DNA of 42,244 bases from Octopus bimaculoides (Eukaryota): the NCBI RefSeq assembly GCF_001194135.2, contig NC_069001.1, forward strand, positions 31,482,677 to 31,524,920, written 5' to 3'. Within the stretch, counting starts at the first letter, position 1. The number at the start of each line of letters is the position of its first letter. This document shows, one piece after another, positions 26,301 through 40,400 of the stretch. Both the position numbers and the translations under genes were made by a program. Under the pieces are notes generated by a model. It saw only the letters and a list, made by a program, of their open reading frames with translations. It ran no database searches and had not been told where the DNA came from.

Positions 26301-29300
26301 AATACCTGCCTATGTACGTTCGTTCGTTCTAACGTTCGTACGTATGTACGTACGTAAGTTCGTTCGTTCGTACGTACGTTCTTTCGTTATTTCCTTCGTG
26401 GGTACGTACGTTCGTTCCTTCAATCGATCGTACGTACGTATATATGTCGGTCATTCGTATTTACGTACGTACGTACGTTCGTTCGTACGTAACTACGTAC
26501 GTTCGTTCGTTCGTACGTAGGCCCGTTCGGACGTACGTACGTTCTTTCGTTATTTCCTGTCAACGTAATTCGTATGTACGTTCGTTCGTTCGTACATTCG
26601 TAAGTACGTAAGTTCGTTCGTTTCTTCGTTTGTACGTACGTACGATAGTTCGTTAAGTCCTGCCTACGTAATACGTAGGAACCTACGTTCGTTCGTACGT
26701 TCGTTCTTTCCTACATACGTTCGTTCATACATTCTTTGGTTATTTCCTGCCTACGTACGTACGTTCTTTCGTTATTTCCTTTCTATGTATTACGTACCTT
26801 CCTTTATTTGTTCGACTTACGTACGTACGTTCGTTCGTTCCTTCGTTCGTACGTACGTACGTTCGTTCTTTCGTTATTTCCTTCTTAAGTAATACGTACG
26901 TACGTTCATTCGTTCGTACGTTCGTTCGTACGTACGTTCGATCATACGATCGCTCGTACGTCCGTTCGTACGTTATTTCCTGCCTGCGTACGTACGTTCG
27001 TTCGTTTGTTCATACGTACGTTCGTTCGTTCTCTACGTTCGTTCGATCGTACGTTCGTTCGTTCGTACGTTCGTTCGATCGTAAGTACGTATGTTCTTTT
27101 GTTATTTCCTNNNNNNNNNNTTCGTTCGTACGTTCGTTCGATCGTAAGTACGTATGTTCTTTTGTTATTTCCTGCCTACGTAATACGTACATACGTTCGA
27201 TCCTTCGTTCCTTCGCTCGTACGTTGGTACGTGCCTTCTTTCGTTATTTCCTTCCTGCGTACGTACGTTCGTTACTTCAATAGTTCGTACGTACGTATAT
27301 ATGTTCGTTCGTTCGTCATTACGTACGTACATTCCTTCGTTCATACTTACGTTCGTTCGTTCGTACGTTCGTTCGATCGTAAGTACGTACGTTCTTTTTT
27401 TATTTCCTGCCTACGTAATACGTACATACGTTCGATCGTTCGTTCCTTCGTTCGTACGTACGTACGTACGTTCGTTCGTTCGTACGTACGTTCGTTCGTT
27501 CGTGCGTACGTTCGTTCGTTCGTACGTACGTTTTTTTCGTTCGTACGTACGTTCGTTCCTTCATACGTACGTTCATTCGTTCCTTCGTTCGTACGTACGT
27601 ACGTTCATTCGTTCCTTCGTTCGTACTTACGTACGTTCATTCGTTTGTTATTTCCTGCCTACGTAATACGTACGTATTTTCGTTCGTACCTACGTTTGTT
27701 CGTACATACGTGCGTTCGTACGTACGATTGTTCGTACGTACGATCGTTCGTACGTACGATCGTTCGTACGTACGTCCTTACGTTATTTCCTGCCTACATA
27801 CGTACGTTCGTTCTTACTTATTTACGCACGTTCGTTCTTTCGTTCATACGTACGTTCGTTCGTTCTCTACGTTCGTTTGTTCGTCCGTTCATTCATTCGT
27901 ACGTTCGTTCGATCGTACGTTCGTTCCTTCGTAAGTACGTACGTTCTTTCGATATTTCCTGCCTACGTAATACGTATGTACTTTCGTTCGTTCGTATTTA
28001 TATAGTACGTATGTTCGTTTGTTTCTTCGTTCGTACGTACGATATTACGTAGGTAAGTTCGTTCGTTCGTACGTTCGTTCTCACGCACGTACGTTCGTTC
28101 GTATGTCTTTTCGTTATTTCATGCCTACCTACGTACGTATGTTCGTTCGTACGTACTTACGTTCTTTCGTTATTTCTTACCTTTGTACTAACGTTCGTTC
28201 GTTCAATAGTTGGAACGTACGTACGTATATAAGTACGTTCGTATGTACCTACGTACGTACGTTCGATCTTTCATTCGTGCGTACATACGTACGTTCCTTC
28301 GTTCGACCGTTCATAGAACGTACGTACGTAATTTCGTTTGTTCGTACGTACGTTCGTTCTTTCGTTATTTTCTGCTTACGTAATACATACGTACGTTCGT
28401 TCGTACGTACGTTCGTTCGTACGTATGATCGTTCGTACGTACAATCGTTCGTACGTACGTTCTTACGTTATTTCCTGCCTACGTACGTATGTTCGTCCGT
28501 ACGTACGATCTTTCGTTAATTCCTGGCTACGTACGTTCGTTCGTTNNNNNNNNNNCGTACGATCTTTCGTTAATTCCTGGCTACGTACGTTCGTTCGTTC
28601 TAACGTTCGTACGTATGTACGTACGTAAGTTCGTTCGTTCGTACGTAAGTTCTTTCGTTATTTCCTTCCTGCGTACGTACGGTCGTTCCTTCAATCGTTC
28701 GTACGTACGTATATATGTCAGTCATTCGTATTTACGTACGTACGTTCTTTCGTTATTTCTTTCCAGCGTACGTACGTTCGTTCTTCAATCTTTCGTCCGT
28801 ACGTACATGTATATGTACGTTCTTTCGTACTTACGTACGTACGTTCGTTCGTACGTAAGTACATTCATTCGTACGTACGTACGTTCGTTTAATCGTTCAT
28901 ACGTACGTTCGTTCGTTCGTACGTAGGTCCGTTCGGACGCACGTACGTTCTTTCGTTATTTCCTTTCTATGTATTACGTACGTTCCTTTATTTGTTCGAC
29001 TTACGTACGTAAGTTCGTTCCTTCGTTCGTACGTACGTACATTCGTTCTTTCGTTATTTCCTTCTTACGTAATACGCACGTACGTTCGTTCGTACGTACG
29101 TTCGTTCATACGATCGCTCGTACGTAAGTTCTTACGTTATTTCCTGACTAAGTACGTACGTTCGTTCGTTCGTTCATACTATTTCAATAGTTCGTACGTA
29201 CGTATATATGTACGTTCGTTCGTCCTTACGTGCGTACTTTCCTTCGTTCGTAGGTACGTTCGTTCGTTCGTGCGTACGTTTTTTTCGTTCGTACGTACGT

Positions 29301-31464
29301 TTGTTCCTTCGTATATACGTTAATTCGTTCCTTCGTTCGTACGTACGTACGTTCATTCGTTCGTTATTTCCTACCTACGTAATACGTACGTACTTTCGTT
29401 CATACCTACGTTCGTTCGTACATACATGCGTTCGTACGTACGATGTTTCGTACGTACGATCGTTTGTACGTACGATCGTTCGTACGTACATTCTTACATT
29501 ATTTCCTGCCTACATACGTTCGTTCGTTCTTACTTAATTACGTACGTTCGTTCTTTCGTTCATACGTACGTTCGTTCATTCTCTACGTTCGTTTGTTCGT
29601 ACGTTCGTTCATTCGTACGTATGATCGTTCGTACGTACAATCGTTCGTACGTCCGTTCTTACGTTATTTCTTACTTACGTACGTATGTTCGTCCTTACGT
29701 ACGATCTTTCGTTAATACCTGCCTAGGTACGTTCGTTCGTTCTAACGTTCGTACGTATGTACGTACGTAAGTTCGTTCGTTCGTACTTACGTTCTTTCGT
29801 TATTTCTTTCCAGCGTACGTACGTTCGTTCCTTCAAACTTTCGTCCGTACGTACGTGTATATATACGTTCGTTCGTACTTACGTACGTACGTACGAACGA
29901 ACGTGCGTTCGAACGTGCGTTCGTTCGTTCGTACGTTCGTTCGTACGTTCTTTGGTTATTTCCTGCCTACGTACGTACGTTCTTTCGTTATTTCCTTTCT
30001 TTGTATTACGTACGTTCCTTTATTTGTTCGACTTACGTACGTACGTTCGTTCGTTCCCTCGTTCTTTCGTACGTACGTTCGTTCGTACGTACGTTCGTTC
30101 ATACGATCGCTCGTACGTCCGTTCTTACGTTATTTCCTGCCTACGTACGTACGTTCGTTCGTTCGTTCATACGTACGTTCGTTCGTTCGTACGTTCGTTC
30201 TCTACGTTCGTTCGTTCGTTCGTACGTTCGTTCTCTACGTTCGTTCGATCGTACGTTCGTTCGATCGTACGTTCGTTCGATCGTGCGTTCGTTCGATCGT
30301 AAGTACGTACGTTCTTTTGCTATTTCCTGCCTACGTAATACGTACATACCTTCGATCGTTCGTTCCTTCGTTCGTACGTACGTACGTACGTTCGTTCGTT
30401 CGTACGTACGTTCGTTCGTACGTACGTACGTTTTTTTCGTTCGTACGTACGTTCGTTCCTTCGTACGTACGATCATTCGTTCCTTCGTTCTTTCGTACAT
30501 ACGTTCGTTCCTACGATCTTTGGTTTTTTCCTACCTACGTACGTACAGTTCGTTCGTTCAATCGTTCGTACGTACGTATAAAAGTACGTTCGTATGTATT
30601 TACGTACGTATGTTCGTTCTTTCATTCGTTCGTACATACGTAGTTCTTTCGTTATTTCTTTTCTATGTATTACGTACGTTCCTTTATTTGTTCGACTTAG
30701 GTACGTACGTTCGTTCGTTCTTTCGTTCGTACGTATGTACGTTCGTTCTTTCGTTATTTCCTTCTTACGTAATACGTACGTACGTTCGTTCGTACGTACG
30801 TTCATTCGTACGTACGTTCGTTCATATGATCGCTCGTACGTCCGTTCTTACGTTATTTCCTGTATACATACGTACGTTTGTTCGTTCGTTCATACGTACG
30901 TTCGTTCGTTCGTACGTTCGTTCTCTACATTCGTTCGATCGTACGTTCGTTCGATCGTAAGTACGTACGTTCTTTTGTTATTTCCTGCCTACGTAATACG
31001 TACGTACTTTCGTTCGTACCTACGTTCGTTCGTACATACGTGCGTTCGTACGTACGTTCTTACGTTATTTCCTGCCTACATACGTACGTTCGTTCTTATT
31101 TAATTACGTACGTTCGTTCTTTCGTTCATACGTACGTACGTTCGTTCTCTACGTTCGTTTGTTCGTACGTTCGTTCATTCGTACGTTCGTTCGATCTTAC
31201 GTACGTTCTTTCGTAAGTACGTACGTTCGTTCGATCGTACGTTCGTTCGATCGTACGTTCGTTCCTTCGTAAGTACGTACGTTCTTTCGTTATTTCCTGC
31301 CTACGTAATACGTATGTGCTTTCTTTTGTTCGTACTTATATACGTACCTATGTTCGTTTGTTTCTTCGTTCGTACGTACGATCTTTCGTTAATTCCTGCC
31401 TACGTAATACGTAGGTAAGTTCGTTCGTTCGTACGTTCGCTCTCTCGTACGTACGTTCGTTCGT

Positions 31465-34400
31465 ATGTCCCTTCGTTATTTCATGCCTACCTGCGTACGT
31501 ATTTTCGTTCGTACGTACGTTCGTTCGTACGTACTTAAGTTCTTTCATTATTTCTTACCTTTGTACGTACGTTCGTTCGTTCAATCGTTCGTACGTACGT
31601 ATATAAGTACGTTCGTATGTACTTACGTACGTATGTTCGTTGTTTCATTCGTTCGTACATACGTACGTTCTTTCGTTATTTCCTTTCTATGTATTACGTA
31701 CGTTCCTTTATTTGTTCGACTTACGCACGTACGTTCGTTCCTTCCTTCGTTCGTATGCACGTACGTTCGTCTTTTCGTTATTTCCTTCTTACGTAATACG
31801 TACGTACGTTCATTCGTACGTACGTTCGTTCGTACGTACGTTCGTTCATACGATCGCTCGTACGTCCGTTCTTACGTTATTTACTGCCTACGTACGCTCG
31901 TTCGTTCGTTCGTTCATACGTACGTTCGTTCGTACGGACGTTCGTTCTCTACGTTCGTTCGATCGTACGTTCGTTCGTTCGTACGTTCGTTCGATCGTAA
32001 GTACGTATGTTCTTTTGTTATTTCCTGCCTACGTAATACGTACACACGTTCGATCGTTCGTTCCTTCGTTCGTACGTACGTACGTTCCTTCGTTATTTCC
32101 TTCCTGCGTACGTTCGTTCGTTACTTCAATATTTCGTACGTACGTATATATGTACGTTCGTTCGTCCTTACGTACGTACTTTCCTTCGTTCGTACGTACG
32201 TTCGTTCATACGTACGTTCGTTCCTTCGTACGTTCGTTCATTCGTTCCTTCGTTCGTACGTACGTACGTTCATTCGTTCGTTATTTCCTGCCTACGTAAT
32301 ACGTACTTACTTTCGTTCGTACCTACGTTCGTTCGTACCTACGTTCGTTCGTACGTACGTTGGTTCGTAAGTAGGATCTTTCGTACGTACGATCGTTCGT
32401 ACGTACGTTCTTACGTTATTTCCTTCCTACATACATACGTTCGTTCTTACTTAATTACGTATGTTCGTTCTTTCGTTCATAGGTACGTTCGTTCGTTCTC
32501 TACGTTCCTTTGTTCGTACGTTCGTTCATTCGTACGTTCGTTTCTTCGTTCGTATGTACGATCTTTCGTTTATTCCTGCCTAAGTAATACGCAGGTAAGT
32601 TCGTTCGTTCGTGCGTTCGTTCTCTCGTACGTACGTTCGTTCGTATGTCCCTTCGTTATTTCATGCCTACCTACGTACGTATGTTCGTTCGTACGTACTT
32701 ACGTTCTTTCGTTATTTCTTACCTTTGTACGTACGTTCGTTCGTTCAATCGTTCGTACATACGTACGTATATATGTACGTTTGTATGTACTTACGTACGT
32801 ACGTTCGTTCTTCCATTCTTTCGTACATACGTACGTTCCTTCGTTCGACCGTTCATACGTACGTACGTACGTAATTTCTTTTGTTCGTACGTACGTTCGT
32901 TCTTTCTGTATTTCCTGCCTACGTAATACATACGTACGTTCGTTCCTACGTACGTTCGTTCGTACGTATGATCGTTCGTACGTACAATCGTTCGTACGTA
33001 CGTTCTTACGTTATTTCCTGCCTACGTACGTATGTTCGTCCGTACGTACGATCTTTCGTTAATTCTTGCCTACGTACGTTCGTTCGTTCTAACGTTCGTA
33101 CGTACGTATATATGTCAGTCATTCGTATTTACGTACGTACGTTCGTTCGTTCGTACGTACGTTCTTTCGTTATTTCTTTCCAGCGTACGTACGTTCGTTT
33201 CTTCAATAATTCGTCTGTACTTACGTGTATATGTACGTTCTTTCGTACTTACGTACGTACGTTCGTTCGTACGTACGTTCGTTCGTACGTACGTACGTTC
33301 ATTCGTACGTACGTACGTTCGTTCGTTCCTTCGTTCTTACGTACGTTCGTTCGTACGTACGTTCGTTCGTACGTACGTTCGTTCATACGATCGCTCGTAC
33401 GTCCGTTCTTACGTAATTTCCTGCCTACGTACGTACGTTCGTTCGTTCGTTCATACGTACGTCCGTTCGTTCGTACGTTCGTTCTCTACGTTCGTTCGAT
33501 CATACGTTCGTTCGATCGTAAGTACGTACGTTCTTTTTTTATTTCCTGCCTACGTAATACGTACATACGTTCGATCATTCGTTCCTTCGTTCGTACGTAC
33601 GTACGTACGTTCTTTCCTTATTTCCTTCCTGCGTACGGACGTTCGTTCCTTCAATAGTTCGTACGTACGTATATATGTACGTTCGTTCGTCCTTACGTAC
33701 GTACTTTCCTTCGTTCGTACGTACGTTCGTTCGTTCGTACGTACGTTCGTTCATTCGTACGTACGTTTTTTCCGTTCGTACGTACGTTCGTTCCTTCGTA
33801 CGTACGTTCATTCGTTCCTTCGTTCGTACGTACGTACGTTCATTCGTTCGTTATTTCCTGCCTACGTAATAAGTACGTACTTTCGTTCGTACCTACGTTC
33901 GTTCGTATATACGTGCGTTCGTACGTACGATGGTTCGGAGGTACGATCGTTCGTACGTACGATCGTTTGTACGTACGTTCTTACGTCATTTCCTGCCTAC
34001 ATACGTACGTTCGTTCTTACTTAATTACGTACGTTCGTTCTTTCGTTCATAGGTACGTTCGTTCGTTCTCTACGTTCGTTCGATCGTACGTTCGTTCCTT
34101 CGTAAGTACGTACGTTCGTTCGATCATTCGTTCGTTCCTTCGTAAGTACGTATTTCCTGCCTACGTAATACGTATGTACTTTCGTTCGTTCGTACTTATA
34201 TACGTACTTATATACGTACGTATGTTCGTTCGTTTCTTCGTTCGTACGTACGATCTTTCGTTAATTCCTGCCTAAGTAATACGTACGTAAGTTCGTTCGT
34301 TTGTACGTTCGTTCTCACGTACGTACGTTCGATCGTATGTCCCTTCGTTATTTCATTCCTACCTACGTACGTATGTTCTTTCGTACGTACGTTCGTTCGT

Positions 34401-37400
34401 ACGTACGTTCGTTCGTACGTACTTACGTTCTTTCGTTATTTCTTACCTTTGTACGTACGTTCGTTCGTTCAATCGTTCGTACGTACGTATATAAGTACGT
34501 TCGTATGTACTTACGTACGTACGTTCGTTCTTTCATTCGTTCGTACATACGTACGTTCTTTCGTTATTTCCTTTCTAGATATTACGTACGTTCCTTTATT
34601 TGTTGGACTTACGTACGTACGTTCGTTCCTTCCTTCGTTCGTATGTACCTACGTTCGATTTTTCGTTATTTCCTTCTTACGTAATACGTACGTTCGTTCG
34701 TTCATACGTACGTTCGTTCGTACGGACATTCGTTCTCTACGTTCGTTCGATCGTACGTTCGTTCGTTCGTACGTTCGTCCGATCGTAAGAATGTACGTTC
34801 TTTTGTTATTTCCTGCCTACGTAATACGTACACACGTTTGATCGTACGTTCCTTCGTTCGTACGTACGTACGTTCTTTCGTTCGTACGTACGTACGTTCT
34901 TTCGTTATTTCGTTCCTGCGTACGAACGCTCGTTACTTCAATAGTTCGTACTTACGTATATATGTACGTTCGTTCGTCCTTACGTACGTACCTTCCTTCG
35001 TTCGTACGTACGTTCGTTCGTACGTACGTACGTTCGTTCCTTCGTACGTACGTTCATTCGTTCCTCCGTTCGTACGTACGTACGTTCATTCGTTCGTTAT
35101 TTCCTGCCTACGTAATACGTACGTTCTTTCGTTCGTACCTACGTTCCTTCGTACCTACGTTTGTTCATACAGACGATGGTCGTACGTACGTTCTTACGTT
35201 ATTTCCTGCCTACATACGTACGTTTGTTCTTACTTAATTACGTACGTTCGTACGTTCGTTCATTTGTACGTTCGTTCGATCGTACGTTCGTTCCTTCGTA
35301 AGTACGTTCGTTCTTTCGTTATTTCCTGCCTATGTAATACGAATGTACTTTCGTTCGTTCGTACTTATATACGTACGTATGTTCGTTCGTTTCTTCGTTC
35401 GTACGTGCGATCTTTCGTTAATTTCTGCCTAGGTAATACGTAGGTTAGTTCGTTCGTTCTTACGTTCGTTCTCTTGTACGTACGTTCGTTCGTATGTCCC
35501 TTCGTTATTTCATGCCTACCTATGTACGTATTTTCGTTCGTACGTACTTACGTTCTTTCGTTATTTCTTACCTTTGTACGTACGTTCGTTCGTTCAATCG
35601 TTCGTACATACGTACGTATATATGTACGTTCGTATGTACTTACGTACGTACGTTCGTTCTTTCATTCGTTCGTACATACGTACGTTCCATCGTTCAACCG
35701 TTCATGGGTACGTACGTACGTAATTTCGTTTGTTCGTACGTACGTTCGTTCTTTCTTTATTTCCTGCCTACGTAATACATACGTACGTTCGTTCGTACGT
35801 ATGTTCGTTCGTACGTATGATCGTTCGTACGTACAATCGTTCGTACGTACGTTCTTACGTTATTTCCTGCCTACGTACGTATGTTCGTCCGTACGTACGA
35901 TCTTTCGTTAATTCCTGCCTACGTACGTTCGTTCGTTCTAACGTTCGTACGTAATACGAATGTACTTTCGTTCGTTCGTACTTATATACGTACGTATGTT
36001 CGTTCGTTTCTTCGTTCGTACGTACGATCTTTCGTTAATTCCTGCCTAAGTAATACGTAAGTAAGTTCGTTCGTTCGTACGTTCGTTCTCTCGTACGTAT
36101 GTTCGTTCGAATGTCCCTTCGTTATTTCATGCCTACCTACGTACGTATGTTCGTTCGTATGTACGTTCGTTCGTACGTACTTACGTACGTACGTTCGTTC
36201 TTTCATTCGTTCGTACATACATACGTTCCTTCGTTCGACCGTTCATACGTACGTACGTAATTTCGTTTGTTCGTACGTACGTTCGTTCTTTCGTAATTTC
36301 CTGCCTACGTAATACATACGTACGTTCGTTCGGACGTACGTTCGTTCGGACGTATGATCGTTCGTACGTACAATCGTTCGTACGTACGTGCCTACGTACG
36401 TATGTTCGTCCGTTAGTACGATCTTTCGTTAATTCCTGCCTACGTACGTTCGTTCGTTCTAACGTTCGTACGTATGTACGTACGTAAGTTCGTTCGTTCG
36501 TACGTAAGTTCTTTCGTTATTTCCTTCCTGCGTACGTACGTTCGTTCCTTCAATCGTTCGTACATACGTTTATATGTCAGTCATTCGTATTTACGTACGT
36601 ACCTTCGTTCGTTCGTACGTACGTTCTTTCGTTATTTCTTTCCAGCGTACGTACGTTCGTTCCTTCAATCTTTCGTCCATACGTACGTGTATATGTACGT
36701 TCTTTCGTACTTACGTACGGACGTTCGTTCGTACGTACGTACGTTCATTGGTACGTACGTACGTTCGTTTGTTCGTTCATACGTACGTTCGTTCGTTCGT
36801 ACGTACGTACGTAAGTTCGTTCGTTTCTTCATTCGTACGTACGTACGATATTTCGTTAAGTCCTGCCTACGTAATAAGTAGGTACNNNNNNNNNNGTACG
36901 ATATTTCGTTAAGTCCTGCCTACGTAATAAGTAGGTACGTTCCTTCGTTCGTACGTTCGTTCTTTCGTACATACGTTCGTTCGTACGTTCTTTGGTTATT
37001 TCCTGCCTACGTACGTACGTTCGTTCGTTCGTTCAAACGTACGTCCGTTCGTTCGTACGTTCGTTCTCTACGTTCGTTCGATCATACGTTCGTTCGATCG
37101 TAAGTACGTACGTTCGTTTGTTATTTCCTGCCTACGTAATACGTACATACGTTCGATCGTTCGTTCCTTCTTTCGTACGTACGTACGTACGTTCTTTCGT
37201 TATTTCCGTCCTGCGTACGTACGTTCGTTACTTCAATAGTTCGTACGTACGTATATATGTACGTTCGTTCGTCCTTACGTACGTACTTTCCTCCGTTCGT
37301 ACGTACGTTCGTTCGTTCGTACGTACGTTCGTTCATTCGTACGTACGTTCATTTGTTCCTTCGCTCGTACGTACCTACGTTCATTCGTTCGTTATTTCCT

Positions 37401-40400
37401 GCCTACGTAATAAGTACGTACTTTCGTTCGTACCTACGTTCGTTCGTACATACGTGCGTTCGTACGTACGATGGTTCGGACGTACGATCGTTTGTACGTA
37501 CGTTCTTACGTTTTTTCCTGCCTACATACGTACGTTCGTTCTTACTTAATTACGTACGTTCGTTCTTTCGTTCATACGTACGTTCGTTCCTTCGTAAGTA
37601 CGTACATTCTTTCGTTATTTCATGCCTACCTACGTACGTATGTTCGTTCGTACGTACGCTCGTTCGTAAGTACTTACGTTCTTTCGATATTTCTTACCTT
37701 TGTACGTACGTTCGTTCGTTCAATCGTTCGTACGTACGTACGTATATAAGTACGTTTGTATGTACTTACGTATGTATGGTCGTTCTTTCATTCGTTCGTA
37801 CATACGTACGTTTTTTCGTTATTTCCTTTCTATGTATTACGTACGTTCCTTTATTTGTTCGACGTACATACGTACGTTCGTTCCTTCCTTCGTTCGTATG
37901 TACGTACGTTTGTTTTTTCGTTATTTCCTTCTTACGTAATACGTACGTACGTTCATTCGTACATACGTTCGTTCGTACGTACGTTCGTTTATACGATCGC
38001 TCGTACGTCCGTTCTTACGTTAATTCCTGCCTATGAACGTACGTTCGTTCGTTCGTTCATACGTACATTCGTTCGTACGGACGTTCGTTCTCTACGTTCG
38101 TTCGATCGTACGTTCGTTCGTTCGATCGTACGTTCGTTCGTTCGTAGGTTCGTTCGATCGTAAGTACACACGTTTGATCTTTCGTTCCTTCGTTCGTACG
38201 TACGTACGTTCTTTCGTTATTTCCTTGCTGCGTACGTACGTTCGTTACTTCAATAGTTCGTACGTACGTATATATGTACGCTCGTTCGTCCTTACGTACG
38301 TACCTTCCCTCGTTCGTACGTACGTTCGTTCGTACGTACGTACGTTCATTCGTTCGTTATTTCCTGCCTACGTAATACTTTCGTTCGTACCTACCTTCGT
38401 TCGTACCTACGTTCGTTCGCACGTACGATGGTTCGTACGTACGATGGTTCGTACGTACGATCTTTCGTACGTACGATCGTTCGTACGTACGTTCTTACGT
38501 TATTTCCTGCCTACATACGTACGTTCCTTCTTACTTAATTACGTACGNNNNNNNNNNNNNNNNNNNNNNNNNNNNNNNNNNNNNNNNNNNNNNNNNNNNN
38601 NNNNNNNNNNNNNNNNNNNNNNNNNNNNNNNNNNNNNNNNNNNNNNNNNNNNNNNNNNNNNNNNNNNNNNNNNNNNNNNNNNNNNNNNNNNNNNNNNNNN
38701 NNNNNNNNNNNNNNNNNNNNNNNNNNNNNNNNNNNNNNNNNNNNNNNNNNNNNNNGTATGTTCGTTCATTTCTTCGTTCGTACGTACGATCTTTCGTTAA
38801 TTCCTGCCTAAGTAATACGTAGGTTAGTTCGTTCGTTCGTACGTTCTTTCTCTTGTACGTACGTTCGTTCTCTTGTACGTACGTTCGTTCGTATATCCCT
38901 TCCTTATTTCATGCCTACCTATGTACGTATGTTCGTTCGTACGTACGTTCGTTCGTACGTACGTTCGTTCGTACGTACTTACGTTCTTTCGTTATTTCTT
39001 ACCTTTGTACGTACGTTCGTTCGTTCAATCATTCGTACATACGTACGTATATATGCACGTTCGTATGTACTTACGTACGTACGTTCGTTCTTTCATTCGT
39101 TCGTATATACGTACGTTCCTTCGTTCGACCGTTCATACGTACGTACGTACGTAATTTCGTTTGTTCGTACGTACGTTCGTTCTTTCGTTATTTCCTGCCT
39201 ACGTAATACATACGTACGTTCGTTCGTACGTACGTTCGTTCGTACGTACGTTCGTTCGTACGTATGATCGTTCGTACGTACAATCGTTCGTCCGTACGTT
39301 CTTACGTTATTTCCTGCCTACGTACGTATGTTCGTTCGTACGTACGATCTTTCCTTAATTCCTGCCTACGTACGTTCGTTCGTTCTAACGTACGTACGTA
39401 TGTACGTACGTAAGTTCGTTCGTTCGTACGTAAGTTCTTTCGTTATTTCCTTCCTGCGTACGTACGTTCGTTCCTTCAATCGTTCGTACGTACGTATATG
39501 TCAGTCATTCGTATTTACGTACGTTCGTTCGTTTGTACGTACGTTTGTTCTTTCGTTATTTCCTGCCTACGTAATACATAGGCACGTTCGTTCGTACGTA
39601 CGTACGTTCGTACGTATGATCGTTCGTACGTACAATCGTTCGTACGTCCGTTCTTACGTTATTTCCTGCATACGTACGTACGTTCATTCGCTCGTTATTT
39701 CCTGCCTACATAATACGTACGTGCTTTCGTTCGTACCTACGTTCGCTCGTAAATACGTCCGTTCGTACGTACGTTCGTTACTTCAATAGTTCGTACGTAC
39801 GTATATATGTACGTTCGTTCGTCCTTACGTACGTACTTTCCTTCGTTCGTACGTACATTCTTTCGTTCGTTCGTACGTACGTTTTATCGTTCGTACGTAC
39901 GTTCGTTCATACGATCGCTCGTACGTCCGTTCTTACGTTATTTCCTGCCTACGTACATACGTACGTACGTACGTTCGTTCGTTCGTTCATACTTACGTTC
40001 GTTCGTTCGTACGTTCGTTCTCTACGTTCTTTCGACCGTACGTTCGTTCGTACGTACGTTCGTTCGATCGTAAGTACGTACGTTCTTTTGTTATTTACTG
40101 CCTACGTAATACGTACATACGTTCGATCATTCGTTCCTTCGTTCGTACGTACGTACGTTCATTCGTTCGTTATTTCCTGCCTACGTAATACGTACGTGCT
40201 TTCGTTCGTACCTACGTTCGTTCGTACTTTGTTTGGTTATTTCCTGCCTACGTACGTACATTCGTTCGTTCAATCGTTCGTACGTACGTACGTATATAAG
40301 TACGTTCGTATGTACTTACGTACGTATGTTCGTTCTCTCATTCGTTCGTACATACGTACGTTCTTTCGTTATTTCCTTTCTATGTATTACGTACGATCAT

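Larger units (their letters stand above)
690..38755. other. 17 assembly gaps (N runs) scattered across this interval
   Basis: 690-1227, 9650-9734, 11618-11939, 12396-12495, 13477-13811, 14885-14894, 16299-16398, 18372-18381, 19810-20265, 21537-21546, 23344-23589, 23892-23901, 24271-25255, 27111-27120, 28546-28555, 36886-36895, 38548-38755. Two are exactly 100 N and seven are exactly 10 N, which suggests placeholder sizes. Confidence 0.98.
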
